Origin: an uncultured Spirochaetota bacterium
GTDB lineage: Bacteria; Spirochaetota; Spirochaetia; SZUA-6; Fen-1364
Direction of reading: 5' to 3'
NCBI GenBank assembly: GCA_963820525.1
Contig: CAWGAA010000001.1
Span: 2,816,001 to 2,880,000, forward strand
DNA: 64,000 nucleotides
Shown piece by piece: positions 55,493 through 64,000 of the stretch (position 1 is the stretch's first letter; every line of letters starts with the position of its first letter). A program made the translations under genes and the position numbers. The notes beneath the pieces are model-generated. The model was given only the letters and a program-made list of their open reading frames with translations, searched no databases and was not told the origin of the DNA.

Positions 55493-56548
55493 ATGTACGC
55501 GGGATTGATCGACATGAGATCCGACACCGTCACCCGGCCGACCGCCGAGATGCGAAAGGCGATGTACGAGGCCGAGGTTGGAGACGACGTCTATGGGGAA
55601 GACCCGACCGTGAACGAGCTGGAACGATGCGCCGCCCAGCTCATGGGAAAGGAGGCGACCCTCTTTGTCGTCTCGGGCACCATGGGCAACCAGGTCGCCC
55701 TCTTTGCCCACTGCCTCAAGGGCGAGGAGGTGATCGTCTCGGAAGAGAGCCATATCGTTCAGCACGAGGCGGGGGCGGGGGCCCACATTGCGGGGGTTCA
55801 GCTCAGGACGGTGGACACGGGGATGGGGTGGCTCACGTGGGCCGATATCGAGCGGCGCATCCGCGACGACTCCGACATTCATGCTCCCCGCACCGGCCTC
55901 ATCGAGATCGAGAATCCCGTGGCGTGCGGCAGCGTGATTCCGATTGCAGTGCTGGATGAGATCTATCGCAATGCACAGGCTCGAAGGATTCCCGTGCACA
56001 TGGACGGCGCCCGCATCTTCAACGCCTCCTCCTTCCTGGGCGTCAAGGCAGGCGAGCTGGCCCGGAGGTGCGATTCGATCATGTTCTGCCTGTCCAAGGG
56101 GCTGTGCGCGCCGGTGGGCTCGATGCTGGCGGGAAGCGGAGAGTTCATTGAGCGCGCGCGCAGGCGACGGAAGATCATGGGGGGCGGCATGAGGCAGGCG
56201 GGGATCCTGGCGGCCGCGGGCCTCGTGGCTCTTCGAAAGATGAGCCTGCGCGTCGAAGAGGACCGCGTGAAGATGGAGCGCCTCTCGCGGGCCGTGGCGT
56301 CATCGGGCGAGTTCGAGGTATTTCCCGAGGAAGTCCAGGCCAACATGTTTCTGGCGCGGTTCAAGAAGGGGGTATGCGTCGGCAGGGAGACGAGCTTTGC
56401 CGAGGCTCTCAAGCGCCATGGGATCTTGATCGGAGTGCGCGAGGACGGCTGGATACGGTTCGTCGGGCACAACGACGTGAGCTTCGAGGATATCGAGACC
56501 GTATGCGCCACCCTCGAGCGGGCGCTCGAGGAAACGCGAAAAAACTAG
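55493..56548 (+). CDS. ltaE: Low-specificity L-threonine aldolase
   Basis: DMRSDTVTRP, GDDVYGEDPT, HMDGARIFNA, CLSKGLCAPVGS and GGGMRQAG. Confidence 0.93.
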   Translation: MYAGLIDMRSDTVTRPTAEMRKAMYEAEVGDDVYGEDPTVNELERCAAQLMGKEATLFVVSGTMGNQVALFAHCLKGEEVIVSEESHIVQHEAGAGAHIAGVQLRTVDTGMGWLTWADIERRIRDDSDIHAPRTGLIEIENPVACGSVIPIAVLDEIYRNAQARRIPVHMDGARIFNASSFLGVKAGELARRCDSIMFCLSKGLCAPVGSMLAGSGEFIERARRRRKIMGGGMRQAGILAAAGLVALRKMSLRVEEDRVKMERLSRAVASSGEFEVFPEEVQANMFLARFKKGVCVGRETSFAEALKRHGILIGVREDGWIRFVGHNDVSFEDIETVCATLERALEETRKN

Positions 56549-56607
56549 GCGGCGGTGTTGACTATTTTCATGGAATGTATATTTATACATTCCCAAAAGG
56601 AGATCCG

Positions 56608-57918
56608 ATGGCCAGCGAAAAGTCACCGTTCAAGGGCGAAACGGCAAAGCTTCTTGTCGATGGCAAGGAGTTCGAGCTTCCCGTGCTCCGCGGCACGGAA
56701 GGAGAGAAAGCCATCGATATTTCAACCCTCAGAAAGGTGACGGGCTACGTCACGCTCGACAAGGGCTACGAGAACACGGGCTCCTGCAAGAGCGCCATCA
56801 CCTTCATCGACGGCGAGAAGGGGATCCTGCGCTACCGCGGATATCCCATCGAAGAGCTTGCCGAGAAATCCACGTTCACCGAGGTCGCCTACCTTCTCCT
56901 CTACGGGGAGCTTCCCACGATCAAGCAGCTGGAAGAGTTCTCCACCTTCCTCAACGAGTCGTCGCTGATCCACGAGGACATGCTGCACTTCTTCGTCGGA
57001 TTTCCCCGCGGCTCGCATCCCATGGGGATCCTGGCCACGATGGTCGCCTCTCTTTCCACCTTTTATCCAATCCCTGAAGTGCTCACCGAGACGGCGGAGA
57101 AACAGATCCTTGCCAATCTCATCTCCCAGGTCAGGACAATCGCCGCGATCTCCTACAAGGAATCCATCGGAGAGCCGATCGTCTACCCTTCTTACAAGCT
57201 GCGCTATGTGCCCAACTTCCTCAGCATGATGTTCTCCTCCCCGGTGAAGGAGACGCGGCTGGACGACGACATCGTTCGCGCCATAGACCTGTTTCTCATC
57301 CTCCACGCGGACCACGAGCAGAACTGCAGCACCTCCACGGTGCGCATGACGGGCTCGAGCCTCGCCAACGTCTATGCCGTCATCTCCGCGGGAATCTCCG
57401 CCCTCTGGGGGCCGCGCCATGGCGGTGCCAACCAGGAAGTTATCAACATGCTGAAGAAGATCCGAGACGAGGGAGGAGACGGAACCGAGTTCGTCCGGCG
57501 GGCAAAGGACAAGAATACCCCGGACCGGCTCATGGGCTTCGGGCACCGGGTGTACAAAAACTTCGACCCCCGCGCAAAGATCCTCAAAGCCCACTGCCAC
57601 AAGCTGTTGAGGAAGCCGGGAATGACGGACCCCCTGTTCGACATCGCCCTGCGCCTGGAGGACATAGCGCTGAAGGACGAATACTTCATCTCGCGAAACC
57701 TCTACCCCAATGTGGACTTCTACTCAGGGTTGATCCTCAGAGCTGCGGGAATTCCCTACGACATGTTCACCGTGCTCTTCGCCATCGGCCGCACCCCGGG
57801 GTGGCTGGCCCACTGGCGGGAGATGTACCACGGCGAAGACTTCAGGATCATGCGCCCGCGGCAGATCTACGTCGGCAGCACCGCCCGGCATTACACGGAA
57901 AGGTCGGCTCGAAAGTAG
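56608..57918 (+). CDS. gltA: Citrate synthase
   Basis: LHADHEQNCST, HGGAN, GFGHRVYK and YPNVDFYSG; AAGGAG RBS. Confidence 0.95.
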   Translation: MASEKSPFKGETAKLLVDGKEFELPVLRGTEGEKAIDISTLRKVTGYVTLDKGYENTGSCKSAITFIDGEKGILRYRGYPIEELAEKSTFTEVAYLLLYGELPTIKQLEEFSTFLNESSLIHEDMLHFFVGFPRGSHPMGILATMVASLSTFYPIPEVLTETAEKQILANLISQVRTIAAISYKESIGEPIVYPSYKLRYVPNFLSMMFSSPVKETRLDDDIVRAIDLFLILHADHEQNCSTSTVRMTGSSLANVYAVISAGISALWGPRHGGANQEVINMLKKIRDEGGDGTEFVRRAKDKNTPDRLMGFGHRVYKNFDPRAKILKAHCHKLLRKPGMTDPLFDIALRLEDIALKDEYFISRNLYPNVDFYSGLILRAAGIPYDMFTVLFAIGRTPGWLAHWREMYHGEDFRIMRPRQIYVGSTARHYTERSARK

Positions 57919-58886
57919 TGTTTCTCACGAATCTTCTCGCGACTCTTGGATTGCGCCGCGGCGGGATTCCCGCCGGCCGCTCCTCTGCACATGGCATGCT
58001 GGTCATGGCGGCTTCAAGCGTCATTTTCTCAGCCATGTCGCTCCTGGTCCCGTTCGCCAGGCCGGTGAGCACGTACGTGGTGGCATCCTCCCGCTTCATC
58101 ATCGGAGGCACCGCGATCCTGGCCCTTGGGCTCTTCGGCGCCCTGAGCCTCAAGGCGGTGAACCTCTGGTGGCTCATCATCAGGGGTCTGTTCGGCGCGA
58201 CGTCGGTCTACCTCTATTACCGGGGAATCGTGACCCTCGGGCTGGGCATGGGCACCGTGCTGAACTACACCTACCCCGTGTTCGCCGCTATACTGGCGCC
58301 AATTATATTGAAGGAGAAGCTCGCGCCTGATGTGATCGCGGCGGTGGCCGTGTCTTTCGTCGGGATCTACCTCGTCGTGAACCCCGACGGCATCATGCGC
58401 CTGCTGAGCGGATCCAGCGCCGGCGGCCGGGCCGGGATCTCGGCGTTCTTCGACCTGAGCGTCAATGGGCTTCTTTCGCTTCTGGGGGGAGTGCTTGCCG
58501 CCGTGGCCGTGGTGGCCATCAAGAAGCTTCGCGAAACCGATTCCTCCTCGGTCATCTACCTGGCCCAGTGCATATTCGGCGTCGTGGTGATCGGCTGGCC
58601 CACGGCAACCAGCTCCTTCGCCTTCGCGCCGTCACTATGGATCATTCTCCTCGCCATCGGGGTTCTGGCAACCGTGGCGCAGCTTCTCATGACATACGCG
58701 TACAAGCACGTGCCGGCAACCGAGGGGAGCCTCCTGGCATTCCTGGTGCCCGTGCTGAACGTGGCCCTGGGAGTCCTGGTGTTCGCAGAGCGGATGGGCC
58801 TTCCGGCCGTGATCGGCTCCGTGCTGGTGCTTCTCTGCTGCGCCTGGGTTGCGCTTCGGGAGCGATTCGTGAAGGCGGTGCAGTAG
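57918..58886 (+). CDS. DMT/EamA family transporter
   Basis: About 10 TM segments in two repeats; LNYTYPVFAAILAPIILKEK. Confidence 0.85.
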   Translation: MFLTNLLATLGLRRGGIPAGRSSAHGMLVMAASSVIFSAMSLLVPFARPVSTYVVASSRFIIGGTAILALGLFGALSLKAVNLWWLIIRGLFGATSVYLYYRGIVTLGLGMGTVLNYTYPVFAAILAPIILKEKLAPDVIAAVAVSFVGIYLVVNPDGIMRLLSGSSAGGRAGISAFFDLSVNGLLSLLGGVLAAVAVVAIKKLRETDSSSVIYLAQCIFGVVVIGWPTATSSFAFAPSLWIILLAIGVLATVAQLLMTYAYKHVPATEGSLLAFLVPVLNVALGVLVFAERMGLPAVIGSVLVLLCCAWVALRERFVKAVQ

Positions 58887-58899
58887 CCCTCCCTGGGGG

Positions 58900-59901
58900 C
58901 TACAACATCCCTCTGAAGATCAGCGCGGCGACGGAGACCCCCAGCCCGATGCGATACCACCCGAACGCGAGAGGGCTGTTCTTGTTGAGATAGGAGACCA
59001 TCCATCGCGCCGCAAGAAAAGCGGTGATTGCCGCCGCGGCAAGGCCGACGAGCGGGCCCACCCAGCCCAAGATCGAAACGATTTGCTGTCCCCGGACCGC
59101 GGCCTCAAAGATCGTGGCGGCTCCCAGGCTGACCATTCCCAGGAGGAAGCTGAACTCCACGGCCGCGGGAACGCTCAGGCCCAGAAGGATGCCCCCCGCG
59201 AGGGTCACCAGGCTCCTGCTCACCCCCGGCCAGAGCGCGGCGCACTGTGCAAGCCCGATGACCAGCGCCTTCTGCCACGTGAGGCCTTCAAGCGGAAGGC
59301 CGCCCTCACTGCCTTTCCTGCGCATCGCGAGAAGGATGAACGCCCCGCCCACCACCCACGCGATCGCGATGTGCCAAGGATCGAAGAGGTATTGCTTGAT
59401 CCTGTTCTCGAAGACAAGCCATATCGCGGCCGCGGGCACGGCCGCGACGGCCAGCGCCCCCGCCAACCGCAGCCCCTGGGGATCCCTGCCGGCGATGCCC
59501 CGCGCCATCGCCTTGATCCTGCCGAAGGACACGAAGAGCACCGCGAGGATGGCGCCGAGCTGGATAATGATCGCATAGGCGTCCGCCGCATCGCGGGAGG
59601 CCTGGGTACGCGTCAGGCCGAGGAGGCGCTGGACGAGGAGAAGGTGCCCCGTGGAGCTCACGGGCAGAAACTCGGTGATCCCTTCAACCGCCCCGAGGAT
59701 GAACGCCTGGGGCAGGCTCAGGGCGGGCCTTGCGGGAGCGGGGGGAGCCGGAGCAGTGCCGGCGTAGAAGGAGGGGAGCTCATCGGCGGCCCCCGGGGAA
59801 GATGCGCCGACCGATGGGGCGGCCGAGGCCTCGGCCGAGGCGGTCTGGACGGCCAGCGCAAGAAAGAGCGCGAATACGATGGGGCTCAGTCGTTTTGTCA
59901 C
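58900..59901 (-). CDS. uppP: Undecaprenyl-diphosphate phosphatase with N-terminal extension
   Basis: VEGITEFLPVSSTGH, IQLGAILAV and PGVSRS. Confidence 0.92.
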   Translation of the reverse strand: MTKRLSPIVFALFLALAVQTASAEASAAPSVGASSPGAADELPSFYAGTAPAPPAPARPALSLPQAFILGAVEGITEFLPVSSTGHLLLVQRLLGLTRTQASRDAADAYAIIIQLGAILAVLFVSFGRIKAMARGIAGRDPQGLRLAGALAVAAVPAAAIWLVFENRIKQYLFDPWHIAIAWVVGGAFILLAMRRKGSEGGLPLEGLTWQKALVIGLAQCAALWPGVSRSLVTLAGGILLGLSVPAAVEFSFLLGMVSLGAATIFEAAVRGQQIVSILGWVGPLVGLAAAAITAFLAARWMVSYLNKNSPLAFGWYRIGLGVSVAALIFRGML

Positions 59902-60144
59902 GATAGTCCGGAGGATACCATGCGGGGGGAAGGCGTGTCAGGCGGCGGATCGGTGCGGCCGAACCCGGCGCTTGCCTGTCAGTGCGGCCGGCGTCCTTCC
60001 CGGCGCTCCTCGCGGTATTGACCGCGTCGAGGCGCAGGCTGTAGATTCGACGGGACCATCGGTCTTCTCGAAGTCAGCGGCCATTGGCTCGGGCTTTTTG
60101 GGCCTGTGCCCTGACTCACCGCGGGTCAAAGGGGAGGTCGGCAG

Positions 60145-61146
60145 ATGGGCGCGCGCCTGATAGGCCTGGCCTTTGCCGCGTGGCTCATCTTTTTCGCCGC
60201 TCTCGACGGCTGCTCCCGCACAGCGGGCGCGTCGCGGGAGAAGGCGAAACCCAGCGTGCTCGCGGTGGAGAACTTCCTGGCCGATATCACGTCGGAGGTG
60301 GCGGGAGACACTCTTGCAGTCCAATCGCTTCTGCCCGAAGGAGCCGACCCCCACACCTACGAGCCGACGCCTCGTGACATTGCCAGCGTAGCCGGCGCCG
60401 ATCTGGTCATTATAAACGGTTCCGGGTTGGAGGGGTTCATTCAGAAGCTCATCGAGAATGCGCGGGGAGGCGCTGCGGGGAAGGGACTGCACGTGGTGGA
60501 GGCTTCGGCAGGGCTCAAGGGACGGACGGCGCGGGAGGGGGAAGCCGTCGAGCTGGGGCAGACCGCCGGAAGCTCCGGCGCGCCCGTTGAAATCGACCCT
60601 CATTTCTGGCTTGATCCAGTTCTGGTAGTTCATTACGTACAGAACATTCGAGACGCATTGAAAGTGCTCGATCCTGCTGATACTGCAACTTTCGAAAAGA
60701 ACGCAGCTTCCTATATCGCGAAGCTCGACGGGCTTGACCGATGGATTTCCAAGGAAGTGAGCGCGATTCCGCCTGCCGACAGGAAGATCGTGACCAATCA
60801 CGAGAGCTTCGGCTATTTCGCCGACCGTTACGGATTCCAGGTGATCGGGACGGTCATCCCGGGCGTGAGCTCGGACGCTGCACCAACCGCACGACAGCTC
60901 GCGCGCCTTGTGGACCGGCTCAAAGCGGCGCACGTCAAGGCGATCTTCCTGGAAACAGGCACGAACCAGAAGCTCGCCCGCCAGGTGGCGATGGAAGCGG
61001 GAGTCATGGCCGTTCGCACCCTCTACGACCATTCGCTTTCAGCTCCGGACGGCCCGGCCCCCACGTATATCGATATGATGCGCTACGACGCGAAGAGCGT
61101 CGTGGACGCGCTGAAAGACCCGCCGCGGGGTCAGGAGGCGCCATGA
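60145..61146 (+). CDS. Zn/Mn ABC transporter substrate-binding lipoprotein
   Basis: Lipobox-like LDGC, DPHTYEP, DPHFWLDP and HESFGYF. Confidence 0.9.
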   Translation: MGARLIGLAFAAWLIFFAALDGCSRTAGASREKAKPSVLAVENFLADITSEVAGDTLAVQSLLPEGADPHTYEPTPRDIASVAGADLVIINGSGLEGFIQKLIENARGGAAGKGLHVVEASAGLKGRTAREGEAVELGQTAGSSGAPVEIDPHFWLDPVLVVHYVQNIRDALKVLDPADTATFEKNAASYIAKLDGLDRWISKEVSAIPPADRKIVTNHESFGYFADRYGFQVIGTVIPGVSSDAAPTARQLARLVDRLKAAHVKAIFLETGTNQKLARQVAMEAGVMAVRTLYDHSLSAPDGPAPTYIDMMRYDAKSVVDALKDPPRGQEAP

Positions 61147-62012
61147 TTTCCTGGCTTGCCGCTCCGCTTGCCTACGGTTTCATGCAGCGGGGAATGCTTG
61201 CGGCGATCATCGTCGGGATCGTCTGCGCCGTGATCGGCTGCTACGTGGTTCTTCGCTCCATGGCGTTCATCGGAGACGCCATGGCCCACTCCATTCTCCC
61301 GGGGATCGCGGTCGCGTATCTGCTGAAGGGCAACCTCCTGGTGGGCGCCTTGGTCGCGGCGGTTGTCATTGCCCTGGGAATCGGCGCCTTCTCCCGTCAT
61401 GGGACGATCAGAGAGGATACGGCCATCGGAATCCTCTTCGCGGCGGCCCTCTCGCTGGGGATCGTCCTGATAAGCTCCATCCGGACGTACGCGCTGGATT
61501 TGAGCCACATCCTGTTCGGAGACGTTCTGGGCGTGAATGTCCGCGACCTCGTTCTGACGGGGGGAATCGCCGTCGTCGTGCTCGGGGCCATCCTCCTCCT
61601 GTACAAGGAGCTTCTCGTCGTGTCCTTCGATCCCGTGCTCGCCCGGACCCTCAGGCTCCCCGCCGAAAGGCTTCGGATCGTGCTTCTTGTCCTCCTGGCC
61701 CTCACGGTCGTCGTGTCGCTTCAAAGCGTGGGGATCGGGCTCGTGTCGGCAATGCTCGTGACGCCCAGCTCCACCGCGTACCTGCTCACCCGGAGGCTCC
61801 CCCGCATGATGGCGCTCTCCGCCGCGTTCGGCGTAGCCTCGAGCGTGATCGGGCTGTATGCAAGCTTCTATCTCAACGTGGTCTCTGGCGCGGCGATCGT
61901 GCTCACGGCGACCGCCTTCTTCATGATCGCGTTCCTGCTGGCTCCCGAACGGGGGCTTCTTTGGAGGCTGGCGAGCAGCCGCAGAGGGGGCGCGGACCCC
62001 GCGGGGCGGTGA
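61143..62012 (+). CDS. Zn/Mn ABC transporter permease
   Basis: [26 protein letters not shown] and SFDP; AGGAGG RBS. Confidence 0.9.
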   Translation: MISWLAAPLAYGFMQRGMLAAIIVGIVCAVIGCYVVLRSMAFIGDAMAHSILPGIAVAYLLKGNLLVGALVAAVVIALGIGAFSRHGTIREDTAIGILFAAALSLGIVLISSIRTYALDLSHILFGDVLGVNVRDLVLTGGIAVVVLGAILLLYKELLVVSFDPVLARTLRLPAERLRIVLLVLLALTVVVSLQSVGIGLVSAMLVTPSSTAYLLTRRLPRMMALSAAFGVASSVIGLYASFYLNVVSGAAIVLTATAFFMIAFLLAPERGLLWRLASSRRGGADPAGR

Positions 62013-62028
62013 GTCTCCGGCCTTCGGC

Positions 62029-63213
62029 TCAGCCCGCAAACTTTCGAAACGCCTTCTCGAATCCGGCGAACGACCGTTCGATGACATCGGTGTCCACGCA
62101 GAAGGCGATGCGGAAATACCCGGGCAGGGCGAAGCCCCGTCCGGGGACCGCCAGAACGAGGTCTTCCTGGAGCGCCTGGATGAAGGCCAGATCGTCTCCG
62201 CCGGGGGCTTTCGGAAAGATGTAGAAGGCGCCCTGGGGCTTTACCAGCTCGTAGCCGATTTCCTGGAGCGCGGCGCAGAAGAGGTCCCGCTTGGCCCTGT
62301 AGACGCTCACATCGACGCCGACTCCCTGCAGGCGCGCCACGACCCGCTGCATGAGCGCCGGAGCGTTCACGAAACCCAGGATCCGCGTGCAGAGGATGAC
62401 CCCATCGACGAGGGCGCGGCTGTCCTCCGCCCCGGGGCTCACGGCAACGTAGCCGATGCGCTCTCCGGGGATGGAGAGATCCTTGGAGGAGGAGGAGACC
62501 ACGATGCTGTGGGGATACAGCCTCATGACCCCAGGAACCACGATGCCGTCGAAGACGAGCTTCCTGTACGGCTCGTCGCTCACGATGGTGATGGTGCGCC
62601 CGATCCTGCGGCTCGCCTCCGAAAGCATCCGGGCAAGCTCCTGCAGGGTTTCCTCGGGGTACACCCTGCCGGTGGGGTTGTTCGGCGAGTTGATGATAAG
62701 CGCGGCCGTGTTCCTTGTTATTTTCGATTCGATGGCCGCCACGTCCAGGTTGAAATCCCTGGCGCTGGGCGCCATGACGAGCTTTCCTCCGTGGTTCTCC
62801 GCGTAGAAGCTGTACTCCACGAAGCAGGGAGCGCTCACGATGACCTCGTCCCCGGGATTGAGGATGGTCTTCAATGCCGCGTTCAGCCCTCCTCCGGCTC
62901 CGCACGACATGACGATGTTTTCACCGCCGAGCGCCACCCCCTGTTCCTTCGATACGTACTCCGCCACCCGGGCCCGCGCCTCGGGGTAGCCGGCGTTGGC
63001 CATGTAGCCGTGCTTGTGGGGGACCTTCGCCTCCACGACGTCGCGGAGGGCCGCCTGGAACTCCGCCGGGGGCTCCACGTCGGGGTTTCCCAGGCTGAAG
63101 TCGCAGACCTTGTCGGCGCCGTACCTGGCGCGAAGCTGGTTTCCCGTCTCGAACATCCTCCGGATCCAGGAGGAGCTCTCCATCATCTGCCTGATCCTCG
63201 CGCTAGCCGCCAC
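62029..63213 (-). CDS. Class I PLP-dependent (aspartate-type) aminotransferase
   Basis: DFSLGNP, NSPNNPTG, SDEPY and SSKDLSIPGERIGY. Confidence 0.9.
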   Translation of the reverse strand: MAASARIRQMMESSSWIRRMFETGNQLRARYGADKVCDFSLGNPDVEPPAEFQAALRDVVEAKVPHKHGYMANAGYPEARARVAEYVSKEQGVALGGENIVMSCGAGGGLNAALKTILNPGDEVIVSAPCFVEYSFYAENHGGKLVMAPSARDFNLDVAAIESKITRNTAALIINSPNNPTGRVYPEETLQELARMLSEASRRIGRTITIVSDEPYRKLVFDGIVVPGVMRLYPHSIVVSSSSKDLSIPGERIGYVAVSPGAEDSRALVDGVILCTRILGFVNAPALMQRVVARLQGVGVDVSVYRAKRDLFCAALQEIGYELVKPQGAFYIFPKAPGGDDLAFIQALQEDLVLAVPGRGFALPGYFRIAFCVDTDVIERSFAGFEKAFRKFAG

Positions 63214-64000
63214 GGCATTCCTCCTCGATCGTCTTGGAGAGGGATTCCATGTTCTCCTCGGAACCGATGCTGATGCGAAGCCCGTCGGAGATCTCGGCCG
63301 CGGTGAAGTAGCGAACGAGGAAGCCCCGGGCCAGGAGCCGATCCGACAGGGTCTTTGCGTCCATCCCCGCGGGAGGAACGGCGAAGATGAAGTTGGCGTC
63401 GGAGTGGGGAACCGCGAATCCCCCGTCTCTGAGGCGCCGGGAAAAAGCCTCGCGGGTGGCCACGATCCTGTCCCGCGTCCGCTTAAGGTATTCCCCGTCT
63501 TCCAGCGCCGCGCGCCCCGCTTCCTGGGCCAGACGGCTCACATTGTAGCTGTCCTTCACCTTCATCATCTCTTCCACCAGCCTCTCGTGAGCGAAGGCGA
63601 AGCCGATGCGCATCCCGGCGAGCGAGAAGGTCTTCGAGAGGGTGCGAACGATGATGAGCCGCGGGTTGTCGGCCAGGAGGGGAAGGCTCGATTCGGGGGC
63701 GAAGTCGATATATGCCTCGTCCGCCACCACGATGCCGGGAAAGCCCGCCAGAAGGCGTGCCACCCATTCCGTGGGGAACGCGAATCCATAGGGGGAGTTG
63801 GGCGTGGTGAGGAAGAAGACCTTGGCCCGCGGCGAGGGAACCGGGAGGCGGCCGGCATCGGTCGCGGAAGCGACGCGCTGGAGGGGAACTTCCACCGTGC
63901 GGGCTCGGGCGAGAGCGGCCAGCACGGGGTAGAGGGAATAGGAGGGGCGATGGAAGCCGATCGTGTCCCCCTCCGAGACGAAGGCGCGCATGATGAGGGA
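63203..64000 (-). CDS. hisC: Histidinol-phosphate aminotransferase (5' end outside window)
   Basis: PNSPYG, DEAYIDF, RTLSKTFSLAGMRIG, SDANF and LRISIG. Confidence 0.88.
   Translation of the reverse strand, partial: SLIMRAFVSEGDTIGFHRPSYSLYPVLAALARARTVEVPLQRVASATDAGRLPVPSPRAKVFFLTTPNSPYGFAFPTEWVARLLAGFPGIVVADEAYIDFAPESSLPLLADNPRLIIVRTLSKTFSLAGMRIGFAFAHERLVEEMMKVKDSYNVSRLAQEAGRAALEDGEYLKRTRDRIVATREAFSRRLRDGGFAVPHSDANFIFAVPPAGMDAKTLSDRLLARGFLVRYFTAAEISDGLRISIGSEENMESLSKTIEEECRGG

Noticed and set aside
52732..57918. Long N-terminal extensions or fusions on the CDF (466 aa), threonine aldolase (562 aa) and citrate synthase (514 aa) ORFs
   Set aside because: The extensions overlap neighbouring genes. 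Better starts exist at 53643, 55493 and 56608.
1..64000. tRNA, rRNA, known riboswitch or prophage genes
   Set aside because: None recognisable by eye. A tRNAscan or Rfam run would be needed to exclude small RNAs firmly.

Overview
GC-rich chromosomal window from a diderm bacterium (lipoproteins and beta-barrel proteins present; a spirochaete is my tentative guess from gene style only). The left half (about 1-34 kb) is accessory and decaying. It holds a WG-repeat surface protein, an ABC exporter knocked out by an IS256-family element with intact ends and a 9-bp target duplication, a class II Fic gene, a multi-stem structured intergenic element, and several nonsense, frameshift and deletion pseudogenes. 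It also holds a sigma54-controlled Lol-like ABC/beta-barrel envelope operon with its own two-component system. The most unusual signal is toxin-antitoxin turnover. One hicBA cassette occurs three times (one intact, two internally deleted), each decayed copy lies next to a different hicBA pair, and one stack sits between 110-bp direct repeats of a permease 3' end whose coding differences are all synonymous. The right half (about 34-64 kb) is mostly housekeeping: bfr, trxA, a large radical SAM protein, SbcD/SbcC-like and AddAB repair genes, pncA, ltaE, gltA, uppP, a metal ABC transporter, an aminotransferase and hisC. Many genes look leaderless. I saw no rRNA, tRNA, CRISPR array, integrase or reverse transcriptase. 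All calls come from motif recognition by eye; no searches were run.
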